A stretch of 55,340 bases of DNA from Meiothermus sp. (lineage in GTDB: Bacteria > Deinococcota > Deinococci > Deinococcales > Thermaceae), in the NCBI GenBank assembly GCA_033762915.1, contig JANRLD010000038.1:1-55340 (forward strand), in the 5' to 3' direction. The notes beneath the pieces are model-generated. The model made no database searches, had not been told where the DNA came from, and saw nothing but the letters and a program-made list of their open reading frames with translations. The position numbers and the translations under genes are program-made. Below, piece after piece: positions 31,099 to 42,273 of this stretch. The stretch's first letter is position 1. Each line of letters starts with the position of its first letter.

Positions 31099-32550
31099 GT
31101 GCCATTGACCCGAGTATCCGCCCACCCCCAGCTTCGAGGGCTTAACCAGCGCCTCGAGCGGGGCCGCACACGGCTGCAACTGGTGCGCTTCGGACGCGGG
31201 CTGAGCTGGGGGATCTTGCTCAGCGCCGCCGTGTGGCTGGTCTTTAGCTCCCTGCGCTGGGCCGGCGGGATGCAGCCCGGTGCATGGGCTGGACTGGTGC
31301 CGCTGTACGTGCTGGCCGTTTGGGCCCTGGGGGTGGCCCTCTATATCCTGCGCACCCCGCCCAGCCTGATGCACATCGCCCAGAGGGCCGAGAAGCACTA
31401 CGGACTCGAGGAACGCCTGAGCACCGCGCTCGAGGTCGTGCACCGGCCGCCCAGGGACACCGCCCACGCCTACATCTATGAGGCGCTGGTCAGGGACGCC
31501 GCCGCCAAATCGGAGCGGGTCAAGCCCGGCCAACTATTCGAGTTTCGGCCCCCCAGAAACCTCCTCTACGCCCTCGGCATCGGGGCCCTCGCGCTCGGAC
31601 TTCAGTTCGCCCCTAAGCTCGCGCCGCCTCAGGCCCCAGTACAAACCGCCGGCCTCAGCCCCCAGGAGCGGGCCTCCACCGTGACCCAGCTCGAGCGCGT
31701 CACCCAGCTCGTGAGGCGCGACGCCGAGCGCACCAACGACCCCTACCTGCAGGCCACGGTGCGCTCGCTGGAACAGCTCAAGGCACAGATCCGCTCTGGC
31801 CAACTCGCTGGGCCCCAGGCCCAGCAGGAGATCGCCCGTCTGAGTGAGCAGATCGAGCGGGGCTACAGCCTGCCAGGCCCGTCCCCTTCGTCCCAGCCCG
31901 CCACCTCCAACAGCCCCGCCGTCATCGCCGATAACCCTTCTCGCAACGCCCCCCAGACCGGATCCAACCGGCCTCAGGGCGACCAGCCGGGTCAGCAGAA
32001 CCCGAACGCGCAGCAGCAGACAGGCACGAGCCCCAGCCAGCAGCTGAACAACTTGGCCCAGAAGCTCGAGGCCAAGCCCCAACAGGCCCAGGACAAGTCG
32101 CCCGCCCCGCCGCAGCAGACCCAGAGTCAGCAACAGGGCGAGTGTGACGGGGCCGCCTGCTCCGACATCTACGCCAAGGCCCGGTCCCAGCAGACCAAAG
32201 ACGCCGAGAGCGCCACCCGCAACATCAACCGCCCCCCCGGAGGCGCGGCGGGCGGCTTCGGAGACCAGGCAGGCAAGGAGGGCGGGGGTAAGTCGGGGGC
32301 GCGGGGCGGCACCCCGCCGCCCAGAACCCGGGCTGAGCAGGTCAAGCTGCCCTTCCAGGCGCCCCCGTCCGGGCGGCGTATCCAGATCCTGGGGCCGGCC
32401 TCTGCCAGCACCGCCGCCAACGTTACTGGCACCGTCGAGGCGCAGAACTGGGTGCGGCAGGAGGAAGTCCCCATCGGACTGGGCTATCTGGCCGCGCCCA
32501 ACCGCAGTATTGTGAGCAGCTACTTCACCCCCGCAAAGGAGACCCAATGA
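31099..32550 (+). CDS. MoxR-cluster membrane protein with coiled-coil and Q/P-rich linker
   Basis: Two to three N-terminal TMs, GLEERLSTALE motif, C-terminal V..YF, as in MoxR/VWA operon accessory proteins. Confidence 0.7.
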   Translation: MPLTRVSAHPQLRGLNQRLERGRTRLQLVRFGRGLSWGILLSAAVWLVFSSLRWAGGMQPGAWAGLVPLYVLAVWALGVALYILRTPPSLMHIAQRAEKHYGLEERLSTALEVVHRPPRDTAHAYIYEALVRDAAAKSERVKPGQLFEFRPPRNLLYALGIGALALGLQFAPKLAPPQAPVQTAGLSPQERASTVTQLERVTQLVRRDAERTNDPYLQATVRSLEQLKAQIRSGQLAGPQAQQEIARLSEQIERGYSLPGPSPSSQPATSNSPAVIADNPSRNAPQTGSNRPQGDQPGQQNPNAQQQTGTSPSQQLNNLAQKLEAKPQQAQDKSPAPPQQTQSQQQGECDGAACSDIYAKARSQQTKDAESATRNINRPPGGAAGGFGDQAGKEGGGKSGARGGTPPPRTRAEQVKLPFQAPPSGRRIQILGPASASTAANVTGTVEAQNWVRQEEVPIGLGYLAAPNRSIVSSYFTPAKETQ

Positions 32551-33545
32551 CCGAAGGGCCGCAGGTAAACCTCGAGACCGAACTGGCCAAACTCCAGCAG
32601 GCCCGCGAAGGCATCGCTCGAGTGGTGGTGGGCCAGCGTGAGGCCATTGACCAGGTGCTGATGAGTCTGATCAGCGGGGGTCACGTGCTCCTCGAGGCCG
32701 CCCCCGGCATGGGCAAGACCCTGCTGGTGCGCACCCTGGCTCAGGTGTTCGGGATGCGCTTCTCGAGGGTGCAGTTCACCCCCGACCTGATGCCCGCCGA
32801 CATCACCGGCACGGTGGTGCTCATCCACGACGACCAGGGCAAGACCCACCTCGAGTTTCAGCCCGGCCCCATCTTCGCCCAGCTGGTCCTGGCCGACGAG
32901 ATCAACCGTGCCACCCCTAAGACGCAGTCCTCGCTCCTGGAGGCTATGCAGGAGCACACCGTAACGGTGGCGGGCAGCCAGCATCAGCTGCCCGAACCCT
33001 TCTTCGTGCTGGCAACCCAGAATCCCATCGAGCAGGAGGGTACCTATCTGCTGCCCGAGGCCCAGATCGACCGCTTCTTCTTCAAGGTTCAGATCCCCTA
33101 CCCGCCCGAGAAGGTGCTCGAGGAAATCCTGGAGCTCACCACTGGGGCCGAGGAGGTCAAGGCCGAACAGGTGCTCACGCCCGAAGACATCGTCCACCTC
33201 CAGCGCCTCACTCGAGCCGTCCCGGTGGCCTCGCACGTCCGCCAGGCGGTCGCCAAGTTCGTGCTCGCCACCCAGCCCTCCGACCCCAAAAACCTCAAGG
33301 AGGTACAGCGCTACGTGCGCTTCGGGGTGAGCCCGCGCGGCGGCCAGGCCCTGGTGCTGGCCGCCAAGGCCCACGCCTTGCTGGCGGGCCGCTACAACGT
33401 GGCCTTCGACGATCTACGGGCCGTCCTCTTCCCCGCCCTGCGCCACCGCTTCAATCTCAACTTCGAGGGACAGGCCGAAGGCGTGAGCGTGGACGGCCTG
33501 CTGGCAAAACTGTTCAGCGAGACGGTGGGGAAGCAAGCAGTATGA
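32547..33545 (+). CDS. moxR: MoxR-family AAA+ ATPase
   Basis: VVVGQ, PGMGKT, RVQFTPDLMPADITG, LADEINRATPKTQSSLLEAMQE, ATQNPIEQEGTY.LPEAQ.DRF. Confidence 0.95.
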   Translation: MTEGPQVNLETELAKLQQAREGIARVVVGQREAIDQVLMSLISGGHVLLEAAPGMGKTLLVRTLAQVFGMRFSRVQFTPDLMPADITGTVVLIHDDQGKTHLEFQPGPIFAQLVLADEINRATPKTQSSLLEAMQEHTVTVAGSQHQLPEPFFVLATQNPIEQEGTYLLPEAQIDRFFFKVQIPYPPEKVLEEILELTTGAEEVKAEQVLTPEDIVHLQRLTRAVPVASHVRQAVAKFVLATQPSDPKNLKEVQRYVRFGVSPRGGQALVLAAKAHALLAGRYNVAFDDLRAVLFPALRHRFNLNFEGQAEGVSVDGLLAKLFSETVGKQAV

Positions 33546-33754
33546 GCAAGAACCCCAGGCGCAATACGCCGAACGCAAAACGCCAGACAGACAGCCGCAG
33601 GGTGGCCTGCACCCGCCGAAGCGCCCACGCCAAAGTGCTGCGGGCGAGGGAAGCCGCGGGCCGCGGAAGCGCCCACCGCGGCAAGCCAGTCGCGGCCCCA
33701 CGGGGTTCTGCCGTACCCCCTACACCCAGCGCTCTTCGCCCGTTCCATCTATGA
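33542..33754 (+). other. 70-codon Arg-rich spacer ORF coupling moxR and the DUF58 gene through ATGA overlaps
   Basis: Its ATG overlaps the moxR TGA and its TGA overlaps ATG 33751; TATGAGC is duplicated at both junctions. Confidence 0.5.
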
Positions 33755-34635
33755 GCCCCGCACTCGTCCCCACCGTGCTCCTCCAACAGCTCCAGCGCAA
33801 AAAGCTGGTGGTGCGGCGGGCGATGGCGAGCCTGGGGATCGGGGAGCGGAAGTCCAAGGCCAAGGGGCCGGGCCTCGAGTTCGCCGAACACCGGCCCTAC
33901 CAGATGGGCGACGACATCCGCTACCTCGACCCCTATCTCGAGGCCCGGCTGGGTCAGCTCTTTATCAAGCAGTTCACCATGTATCAGCAGCTCTCGGTGA
34001 CGGTGCTGCTGGACCGCAGCCTCTCGATGGGCCAGGGCCAGCCGGAAAAGTTCGCCTTCGCCAAGTCCGTTGCGGCGGGCCTTGGCTACACCGCCATCGC
34101 CGGCGGGGACCAAGTGCTGATGGGGGTCTTCTCGGGCGAGGAGGTCAGCTGGTCGCCGGTGTTTCGGGGTATCTACCGTGCGGGCGAAGTTTTTTCCTGG
34201 CTACAGCTGCACCAGCCCGCCGGCGAGACCCGCCTCTCCAAGGTGGTGGCCAAGGCCGCGCCCCGGCTGCGGCGGGGCGGGCTGCTGGTGGTGCTGAGCG
34301 ACTGGCTAGGCGAGGGGGCAGAGGAGGCCTTGCTGATGTTGCAGGGCTTGGGTCAGGACGTGGTGGGAATCCAGGTGCTCTCGCCCGACGAGCTCGAACC
34401 CGAGCGCGTCGGCACGGGGGGTCTGCGGCTGGCCGACATCGAGAGCGGGGAGGAGCTTGAGATGGTGCTCGACGACGCGCTACTGCGGCGCTATCGGGAA
34501 TACCTCGAGACCTGGACGCAGTCCCTCAAGGCCCAGATCCAGCGGCAGCAGGGCCTGTACTTCCTGGCCCGCTCGGACGCCAGCCTCGAGCTGCTCTTCC
34601 TGAGGGACTTCCAGGCCGGGGGCCTGATCCGATGA
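33751..34635 (+). CDS. DUF58 domain protein (MoxR-associated)
   Basis: G.GLEFAEHRPY..GDDIRYLD and LLDRSLSM. Confidence 0.92.
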   Translation: MSPALVPTVLLQQLQRKKLVVRRAMASLGIGERKSKAKGPGLEFAEHRPYQMGDDIRYLDPYLEARLGQLFIKQFTMYQQLSVTVLLDRSLSMGQGQPEKFAFAKSVAAGLGYTAIAGGDQVLMGVFSGEEVSWSPVFRGIYRAGEVFSWLQLHQPAGETRLSKVVAKAAPRLRRGGLLVVLSDWLGEGAEEALLMLQGLGQDVVGIQVLSPDELEPERVGTGGLRLADIESGEELEMVLDDALLRRYREYLETWTQSLKAQIQRQQGLYFLARSDASLELLFLRDFQAGGLIR

Positions 34636-37600
34636 CCTTCCTCTCCCCGCTGTGGCTGCTGGTGGCCCTGGCGGGAATCGTCATCGTCTGGCTCCACCTA
34701 CAGCGCCGCACCCAGCGCCTACAGGAGGTCTCCAGCCTCCACCTCTGGCGCAAAGTCGCGGGCGAGATACCCCCCCAGACGCCCAAGCAGCCGCCGCCCA
34801 TCACCCCGCTGCTGTTCTTGCAACTGCTGTTCACCGCACTGCTGGCCCTGGCCCTGGCCCAGCCGATCCTGGGCCTGCTGTCCGGGCGGGCGCACACGAT
34901 CTATGTGCTCGATGCTTCGGGCAGTATGCAGGCTCGAGACCCCCGGCCCTCGAGGCTCGAGGCCGCTCGAGCCCAGATACTGCAGGAGGCCGACGCCAGC
35001 GGCGGCAGGGTCTCGCTGGTGGTGGTCAACTCCGCGCCTTATGTGGCGGCGGCACGGCAGAACGGAGCAGACGCACGGGCGCTGATCGAGGGCGTAACCG
35101 GCAGCGACGGCTCCGCCAACTGGCTCGAGGCCGTTCCTCTGCTGCAGGCCCTGCAGCGCGAGGGCGAGGACACCAGGGTCGTGGTCTACACCGACCCGCA
35201 GGGCCTGCAGGCCGCCTCCCAGCTCTCGCAAAAGGTCGCCAAGGAAAGGCTCGAGACCCGCGTCCTGGGCGGCGCCCAGGACAACATCGGCTTCTACGAC
35301 TTGGACCCCCAGCCCTCGGAGAAAACTCCCGGGTTGTGGCGGCTCGAGGGGCGCGTCGCCAACTTCTCCGCTGCCGCAAGGGAGGTCCAGCTCGAGGCCC
35401 TGTTCCACAGCCCCGACGGCAGCGTAAGCCCGCTGGCCCAGACCAGGCTCAACCTGAACCCTGAGTACGGGAGTTTTTTCCGGCTCGAGGTGACGGTGGC
35501 CTCGGCGGGAACGGTGGAGTTGCGCCTCCCCGGCGACATCCTCGACAGCGACAACCGCGCCTTCCTCAACCTTTACACCCAGACCCCCAGGCTGCGGGTG
35601 CTCTACTTGGGGGCGGGCAACCCGCCGCTGCAAAAGGCGCTGCTCTCGGTGCCGGGTCTCGAGGTCTTCGCCGCCAAGGAACTGCCTGCCGACAGCAGCA
35701 CCTTCAGCCTGGTCATCGCCGACGGCGTAGGACTCCCCAGACATCCGCAGACCAACACCCTCTGGATCGCTACCAACCCCGTTCCCGGCGGCGCCAGCCT
35801 GCCCCTGCTCGCCGACCCCTTCCCCAGCGGCTGGCAGCGCCAGCACCCGCTTTCGCAGTCGCTGGACTGGTCGGAAGTGCTGCTGAACAGAGCCCTCGAG
35901 CTTCCCCGGTTGCCGGGCGCGGAGGTTCTGCTGGAGGCCGGGGGCAAGCCCCTGATCCAGGCCCGCACCACCCCCTACGGCCGGGAGGTGGCGGTGGCCT
36001 TCGGGCTCCAGGACTCCAACTGGAGTATTAAGGCCAGCTTCCCTACTTTCCTCATTAACCTGCTGCGCTGGGCCGAGCCGCGCCTGGAGGGCAGCACCGC
36101 CTGCACGGTGGGCCGGCCCTGCGCGCTCGAGCCCAAACGGCTGGGCGGCCAGTGGCAGTTGCTCGACCCCACCGGCCGGCCCGTCCCGCTGCCCGTCGCC
36201 TTCCTCGCCTCCGAGGCCGCCCAAGACCCCAACCTCGGGCGCTGGCTGCCGCGTGAGCTCGAGCAGTCCTTCCGCCCCCAGCGCGGCGGCATCTACACCC
36301 TGGTCTCCGACGGCATCCGCTACCCCATCGCGGTCAACGGCTTCAGCCCCCGGGAGTCCGACCTGCGGGCCAAGACCGAGGGCACAGCCAAGCCGCCGGC
36401 GCCTTATCGCTCCTTCACCCAGCTGTGGCTGTGGCTGATGCTGCTGGCGATGGTGGTGCTGCTGCTCGAGGGCCTATGGGCCGGGCGCGGCGAGGGTTTT
36501 TTGCAGTGGGGCAACCTGACCCGCCACAACCCGCTGGCCTTCCGCCGGCGCTGGATGCTGGGATTGCAGCTTGCCGCCTTGGTTCTCCTGGCAATCGCAC
36601 TGCTAAACCCGCGGGTCCCGCTGCCCTTGCAGCAGTCCGAGCGGGTGGTGGTAGCCGACCGGCCCGAGTACTTCGTCGGCAGCGCCAAGGAACGCCTCGA
36701 GGCCTACCTTAACCAGTCCGACCGCCCCAGGGTCTGGCTAGGCGACCCGCCCTCGCTCGAAGCCCAGCCGACCCCCAACCCTGTCCCCGGCTCGAGCCTT
36801 GCCGCCAGCCTGTCACTGGCGGCGGGCCTGCTCTCCCCCAACGCCTCGGGGCGGATCACCGTGGTGGCGGACGGAACCCAGACCCGCGGCGCGATTGTGG
36901 ACGCGATCGCCGCGCTCAAGGCTCGAGGCATACCGGTGGACGTAATCCCGGTGGGCGGCCTCCCCACAGGCGAGGTGATGGTCGAGCAGCTCAACCTGCC
37001 GCGCATCCTCCACGCGGGCGACACCTTCTTGCTGCAGGGCGTGGTCTACGCCGATCAGGCCGCGCCGGTCCAGATTCAGATCCTGCGCAACCGCCAGCCT
37101 TGGGCGCGGCAAAGCGTCAACCTGCTGCCGGGGCGCAACCGCGTCGAGGTGCCGCTCAACGAGAACAAGGCCGGATCTTACGTGTACACCCTCGAGGTCT
37201 CCGCCCCGCAAGACACCTTCACCCAGAACAACACCGCCAACATCGCGGCCACGGTGCTCCCGGCGGCCCGGGTGGGCATCTTCCCCAGCGACCCCCAGCA
37301 GGCCGAGGTGTTTGCCAAGGCCCTGCGCGTTCAGGGGCTGGACGCGCGGGTGCTGGCGCCCGAGCAGTTCCCCCGAAGCCAGGACGAGATCGCCCCCTTC
37401 GACGTGGTGGTGCTGATGAACCTACCCGTGGTGGAACTGCCCGCCGAACGGCAGACGCTGCTGGAGGGCTGGGTCAAGGACTCCGGCGGGGGGCTGGTCA
37501 TACTGGGCGGCGACAAGAGCTTCGGTCCGGGGGGCTACTATCAGACCGCGCTGGACCGGCTCTCGCCGCTTTCCAGCCGGGTCCCCCGCGAGGCCCCCAA

Positions 37601-39023
37601 GGTGGCCATGCTCTTCGTGCTGGACAAGTCCGGCTCGATGAACCAGCCGGCCGGACAGGCCCGACGGATTGACATCGCCAAGGAAGCCACTACCAGCGCC
37701 CTCGACCTGCTACACCCCGAGAGTCTGGCAGGGGTGGTGGGTTTCGACGTGAAGGCCCAGGTCGCCGTTCCGATGCAGTCGGTGCGGGACAAGGCGGGTT
37801 TCGCCCGGCGGCTGGAGACCCTCGAGCCCAGCGGCGGCACCTCGATCTACCCGGCCCTCGAGCTGGCCCTACAAACCCTACAAAACGTAGATGCCCCCGC
37901 CCGCCACATCGTCCTGATGACCGACGGCCTCTCCACCCCTGGCGACTTTCAGGGCGCGGTGGAACGCATCCGGGCGGCGGACATTACCCTCAGCACGGTG
38001 GCGGTCGGGGAGAGCGCCCGGCTCGACCTCATGCAGAACATCGCCCGCTGGGGCGGCGGGGTGGCCCACGTGGTGACCGACTGGCAGACCCTGCCTGCGA
38101 TCCTGGCCCAGGAGGCGCTGCTGCAGTCCAAGACCACGGTCAAACAGCAGCCCTTCACCCCGGTTTGGCGCGACCGCAGCGTGCCTTGGCTCGAGGGCTT
38201 CCCCACGTCCATGCCCCCCCTCGGCGCCTACACCCAGACCACCGCTAAGCCGGAGGCCCTGGTGCACCTGCTCGGCCCCGGCGGCGACCCCATCCTGGCC
38301 TCCTGGCCCTACGGGCTGGGACAGGTCGCGGCCTTCTCCTCGCAGGGCAGCGGCCCCTGGTCGGCGGCCTGGGTGCGCTCGGCCCAGTTCCCCCGCTGGT
38401 GGTCGCAGGTCGTCCACGGGCTGCTCCCCACCGCGGCCCGAAGCGGGCTGAACCTGTCCCTCGAGCGGCGCGGCAGCGAGGTTCAGCTGATCGTCGAGGC
38501 CCTAACTCCCAAGGGCGAAACCTGGCCGGGGCTGAACTTGCAGGCTACCGTGACGGCTCCGGGGAGACAGAAAAACGTCTTCGACCTCGCCGCCCTTGAG
38601 CCTGGCCGCTACGAGGCCCGCTTCACAGTTACCGAGCTGGGCAGCCATAGCGTGGAGGTCAGCGCCCTCGAGCCGCCGGTTCCACTGCAAAACCGCCCCT
38701 TCACCCTATCCACCAACATTCCGCCCCTGCCGCAGCCCGTTCGGCAGAGCTTCGCCCTCCCCTACCCTCCCCGCTACGGCTTCAACGCGCAGGGCCTCGA
38801 GACGCTCAGTGCGCTCGCCGAGACCACCGGCGGAAGGGTGCTGCTGGGCGGCGAGCCGCTGGAGTTCCCCGCCGCCCTCAAGTGGAGCCGCTGGGCCGTC
38901 TGGCCCCTCCTGGCCGCGCTGAGTCTGCTGCTGTTTCTGGCCGCCCTCACACTTCGCTACCAGCCGGAACTGCGCTGGTTGCGCCGGCGGGTCGGCTCGA
39001 GCCCATCGGCCTCTCGGACCTGA
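34632..39023 (+). CDS. Large BatA/VWA membrane protein (BatA-VWA ... TM-TM ... Ig-like, GATase-like, VWA, TM)
   Basis: MTFLSPLWL BatA start, VSSLHLW, MIDAS motifs DASGS and DKSGS, MTDG; 1463 aa. Confidence 0.88.
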   Translation: MTFLSPLWLLVALAGIVIVWLHLQRRTQRLQEVSSLHLWRKVAGEIPPQTPKQPPPITPLLFLQLLFTALLALALAQPILGLLSGRAHTIYVLDASGSMQARDPRPSRLEAARAQILQEADASGGRVSLVVVNSAPYVAAARQNGADARALIEGVTGSDGSANWLEAVPLLQALQREGEDTRVVVYTDPQGLQAASQLSQKVAKERLETRVLGGAQDNIGFYDLDPQPSEKTPGLWRLEGRVANFSAAAREVQLEALFHSPDGSVSPLAQTRLNLNPEYGSFFRLEVTVASAGTVELRLPGDILDSDNRAFLNLYTQTPRLRVLYLGAGNPPLQKALLSVPGLEVFAAKELPADSSTFSLVIADGVGLPRHPQTNTLWIATNPVPGGASLPLLADPFPSGWQRQHPLSQSLDWSEVLLNRALELPRLPGAEVLLEAGGKPLIQARTTPYGREVAVAFGLQDSNWSIKASFPTFLINLLRWAEPRLEGSTACTVGRPCALEPKRLGGQWQLLDPTGRPVPLPVAFLASEAAQDPNLGRWLPRELEQSFRPQRGGIYTLVSDGIRYPIAVNGFSPRESDLRAKTEGTAKPPAPYRSFTQLWLWLMLLAMVVLLLEGLWAGRGEGFLQWGNLTRHNPLAFRRRWMLGLQLAALVLLAIALLNPRVPLPLQQSERVVVADRPEYFVGSAKERLEAYLNQSDRPRVWLGDPPSLEAQPTPNPVPGSSLAASLSLAAGLLSPNASGRITVVADGTQTRGAIVDAIAALKARGIPVDVIPVGGLPTGEVMVEQLNLPRILHAGDTFLLQGVVYADQAAPVQIQILRNRQPWARQSVNLLPGRNRVEVPLNENKAGSYVYTLEVSAPQDTFTQNNTANIAATVLPAARVGIFPSDPQQAEVFAKALRVQGLDARVLAPEQFPRSQDEIAPFDVVVLMNLPVVELPAERQTLLEGWVKDSGGGLVILGGDKSFGPGGYYQTALDRLSPLSSRVPREAPKVAMLFVLDKSGSMNQPAGQARRIDIAKEATTSALDLLHPESLAGVVGFDVKAQVAVPMQSVRDKAGFARRLETLEPSGGTSIYPALELALQTLQNVDAPARHIVLMTDGLSTPGDFQGAVERIRAADITLSTVAVGESARLDLMQNIARWGGGVAHVVTDWQTLPAILAQEALLQSKTTVKQQPFTPVWRDRSVPWLEGFPTSMPPLGAYTQTTAKPEALVHLLGPGGDPILASWPYGLGQVAAFSSQGSGPWSAAWVRSAQFPRWWSQVVHGLLPTAARSGLNLSLERRGSEVQLIVEALTPKGETWPGLNLQATVTAPGRQKNVFDLAALEPGRYEARFTVTELGSHSVEVSALEPPVPLQNRPFTLSTNIPPLPQPVRQSFALPYPPRYGFNAQGLETLSALAETTGGRVLLGGEPLEFPAALKWSRWAVWPLLAALSLLLFLAALTLRYQPELRWLRRRVGSSPSASRT

Positions 39024-39085
39024 ACACCCCGCAACGGGACGGCCGAGCCCGCGGTGGCGGTACCCGCTTCAACCGTAGATTCACT

Positions 39086-39175
39086 TATGGCGTTCCCATC
39101 AATACTCCACCCACGGTGCGGAGTATTACGCTCATCGCATTTCCACCATTACCAGTATGCGTGGGAGCCGCTCTA
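39086..39175. repeat. MITE-like element copy (about 90 bp)
   Basis: Ends TATGGCGTTCCCAT ... GTGGGAGCCGCTCTA; internal AATACTCC...GGAGTATT hairpin. Confidence 0.5.
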
Positions 39176-39264
39176 CGGCGCTTCCCTGCCCCTATTCGAC
39201 AGGTTGCAGGAGTTTTGGGAGCTGAATCGGACTTCGGTCTTGGCTATAAGGGTGGGAAGCGCGA

Positions 39265-39873
39265 TCAGGCCCCGATTAGCCGCTTGAGAAGTTGGTGCAG
39301 CGGGCCGAGCGCCGTGGTCAAGAGCTTGAACAGCCCCAACACCAGTAGCCCGATCTCGAAATACAGGAGATTCGACTGCGCCCAGTCCCAGCCCTTACGC
39401 CAGTAGGCCGACAGCACGGTGAAGCCGTCCAGAGGGAAGACGGGCAGCAGGTTCAACGCCGCACACCACAGGCTGAGCTCTATCACGGTGTTGAGTAAGA
39501 CCACCAGAGTAAAGCCCACGTCCCCGCTGGAGAAGGTGTTGGCAGCCAGCGGGCGCAGCAGCACCGCCAGCAGCGCGAGCGCCACGCAGGCCAGCGGCCC
39601 TGCACCCGCCACAACCCACAGCCCCTTCGAGCCCAGCCGCTCGAGCGCGAGCTTCATGGGCTTGACCCACCCCAGCGAGAAGAACAGGAAACCGACCAGA
39701 CCCAAAAAGCTGATCTGCTGGGCCGGGTTGAGTGCCAGCCGCCCGTCCTGCTGGGGGCCGGGGTCGCCCATACGGGCGGCCACCCACGCCTGCACAAAAC
39801 CCTTCAAAGTAAGGATCAGCAGCACCGCCACCAGCCGCAGAAGCAGGTCTTGGAGCGAAAACAGTGGCAGCAT
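39265..39873 (-). CDS. Site-2 protease (M50) family protein lacking HExxH
   Basis: GDP....GRL.LNP, GWVKP, AGP and NLLPVFPLDG are present; the HExxH position reads KGFVQ. Confidence 0.8.
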   Translation of the reverse strand: MLPLFSLQDLLLRLVAVLLILTLKGFVQAWVAARMGDPGPQQDGRLALNPAQQISFLGLVGFLFFSLGWVKPMKLALERLGSKGLWVVAGAGPLACVALALLAVLLRPLAANTFSSGDVGFTLVVLLNTVIELSLWCAALNLLPVFPLDGFTVLSAYWRKGWDWAQSNLLYFEIGLLVLGLFKLLTTALGPLHQLLKRLIGA

Positions 39874-39903
39874 GGCGTGAGGCCATTGTAATGCAGAAGG
39901 CCC

Positions 39904-40257
39904 CTACTTGGGCGACTGAGCCCAAGCCTTCCAGTCGGCCTCGGCCAGCCCTACGGTCAGCCTTTCGCCGGCCCGAACCAGCGGCAGGCGCAGCAGCCGG
40001 GGCTCCGCCGCAATCCGAACCAGCCAGCCCTCACTGGTGATTCGCATGAACTCGAGGCCCCCGTCGCGGTAGGGTTTGCCGGCGGTGTCAATCAGACCAT
40101 CCAGCCCGAACTTCCGCACGAAACGCCCGATCTCAGCCGGGCTCATGGCCCGCTGGGCAAGGTCGACGAAGTGAACCCTGATCCGCCGCTCCTTGAAGAA
40201 TCGCTCGGCGGCGCGGGTGGCGCTCGAGCCCTTGAGTCCAAAGATCTGCACTTCCAC
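39904..40257 (-). CDS. ArsC/Spx/YffB-like thioredoxin-fold protein (Cys-less)
   Basis: VQIFG....ATRAAERFFKER and P.LLRLPLVR; TAGACT 7 nt before GTG. Confidence 0.8.
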   Translation of the reverse strand: MEVQIFGLKGSSATRAAERFFKERRIRVHFVDLAQRAMSPAEIGRFVRKFGLDGLIDTAGKPYRDGGLEFMRITSEGWLVRIAAEPRLLRLPLVRAGERLTVGLAEADWKAWAQSPK

Positions 40258-40595
40258 GGCCTCGAGTCTACCGCGATCCCCGGGACTGCTCGTGGCCGGT
40301 GTCGCAGGGCAATATCAACCTTCCATCAGCGGACCCGGCCTTGGGGGCTTTGGCACTTTGCCCAATCACCGGATGTGCGGCCCAGCTGGCCACCGACCCA
40401 GAGCCGGGCTCCATACCCCTCCAGGAAAGTGATGAGTTTCACGATAACGTGGTCGTGAAAAAAATATAAGGCGTGAACCTGAGCAGTTGTTGGGGCAGGT
40501 GCAGACCTCCGTGAAGTTCCAGGACAAGGGCCAACCCCATGGGGTCGGCCCTATATCAAGAACGCCGGATGTTCCCTGTTTGATCGCGGCTCATT

Positions 40596-40695
40596 TATCG
40601 CGTTTCGTACCCATACTCCGCCCGTACTGCGCTAAAGCGGAGTAGTGCACTCGATACGTCAAAAACCACCGTACCGAGTTTTCGTGGGAATCGCT

Positions 40696-40698
<3 letters not shown>
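40596..40698. repeat. MITE-like element copy (about 103 bp)
   Basis: GCGTTTCGTACCCATACTCC...GCGCTAAAGCGG...GTGGGAATCGCTCTA matches the reverse complement of 12743-12847. Confidence 0.5.
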
Positions 40699-41865
<1,167 letters not shown>

Positions 41866-42022
41866 GGTTGGCTCCCCGAAAAGTTGTACTTAGTCAAAGT
41901 TTATTGCAGGCGGGCGGGTGCGCGCAAGTCAGGGGACACAATCAGCAGGAAGTGGGAGGCGGAAACCGCCCGGCTCCAGCATCCGCCTTACCCGTCCACC
42001 AATCCCCTGCTAGACTTTCCCC

Positions 42023-42220
42023 ATGCGTCATCTGCGCTATCTGCGCTACCTGCCCTCGCCGGTCTGGGCGTTTGTAGCCGGGATGCTGGTGGGCATTTTC
42101 CTGGGTGTGGCCCTGTACGGCTGGCTGCGCGGGATCGTCACGGTTCTGTTTTTTGTCGGACTGGTCGCCCTGGCGATCTGGATCTGGATGTTCTTCGAGA
42201 GCCGGAAGAGGGAGCCCTAA
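42023..42220 (+). CDS. Small 2-TM membrane protein
   Basis: 65 aa hydrophobic ORF; TAGACT 6 nt before ATG (leaderless-type). Confidence 0.65.
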   Translation: MRHLRYLRYLPSPVWAFVAGMLVGIFLGVALYGWLRGIVTVLFFVGLVALAIWIWMFFESRKREP

Positions 42221-42273
42221 CCGAACCCGGACGACGCATTTTGGGGGGGGAACAGGTTTGCCCCAATCCCCCG

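Noticed and set aside
41884..41897. TTGTACTTAGTCAA as a fatty-acid regulator operator upstream of the thiolase
   Set aside because: An imperfect palindrome seen once; it cannot be supported without a motif search.
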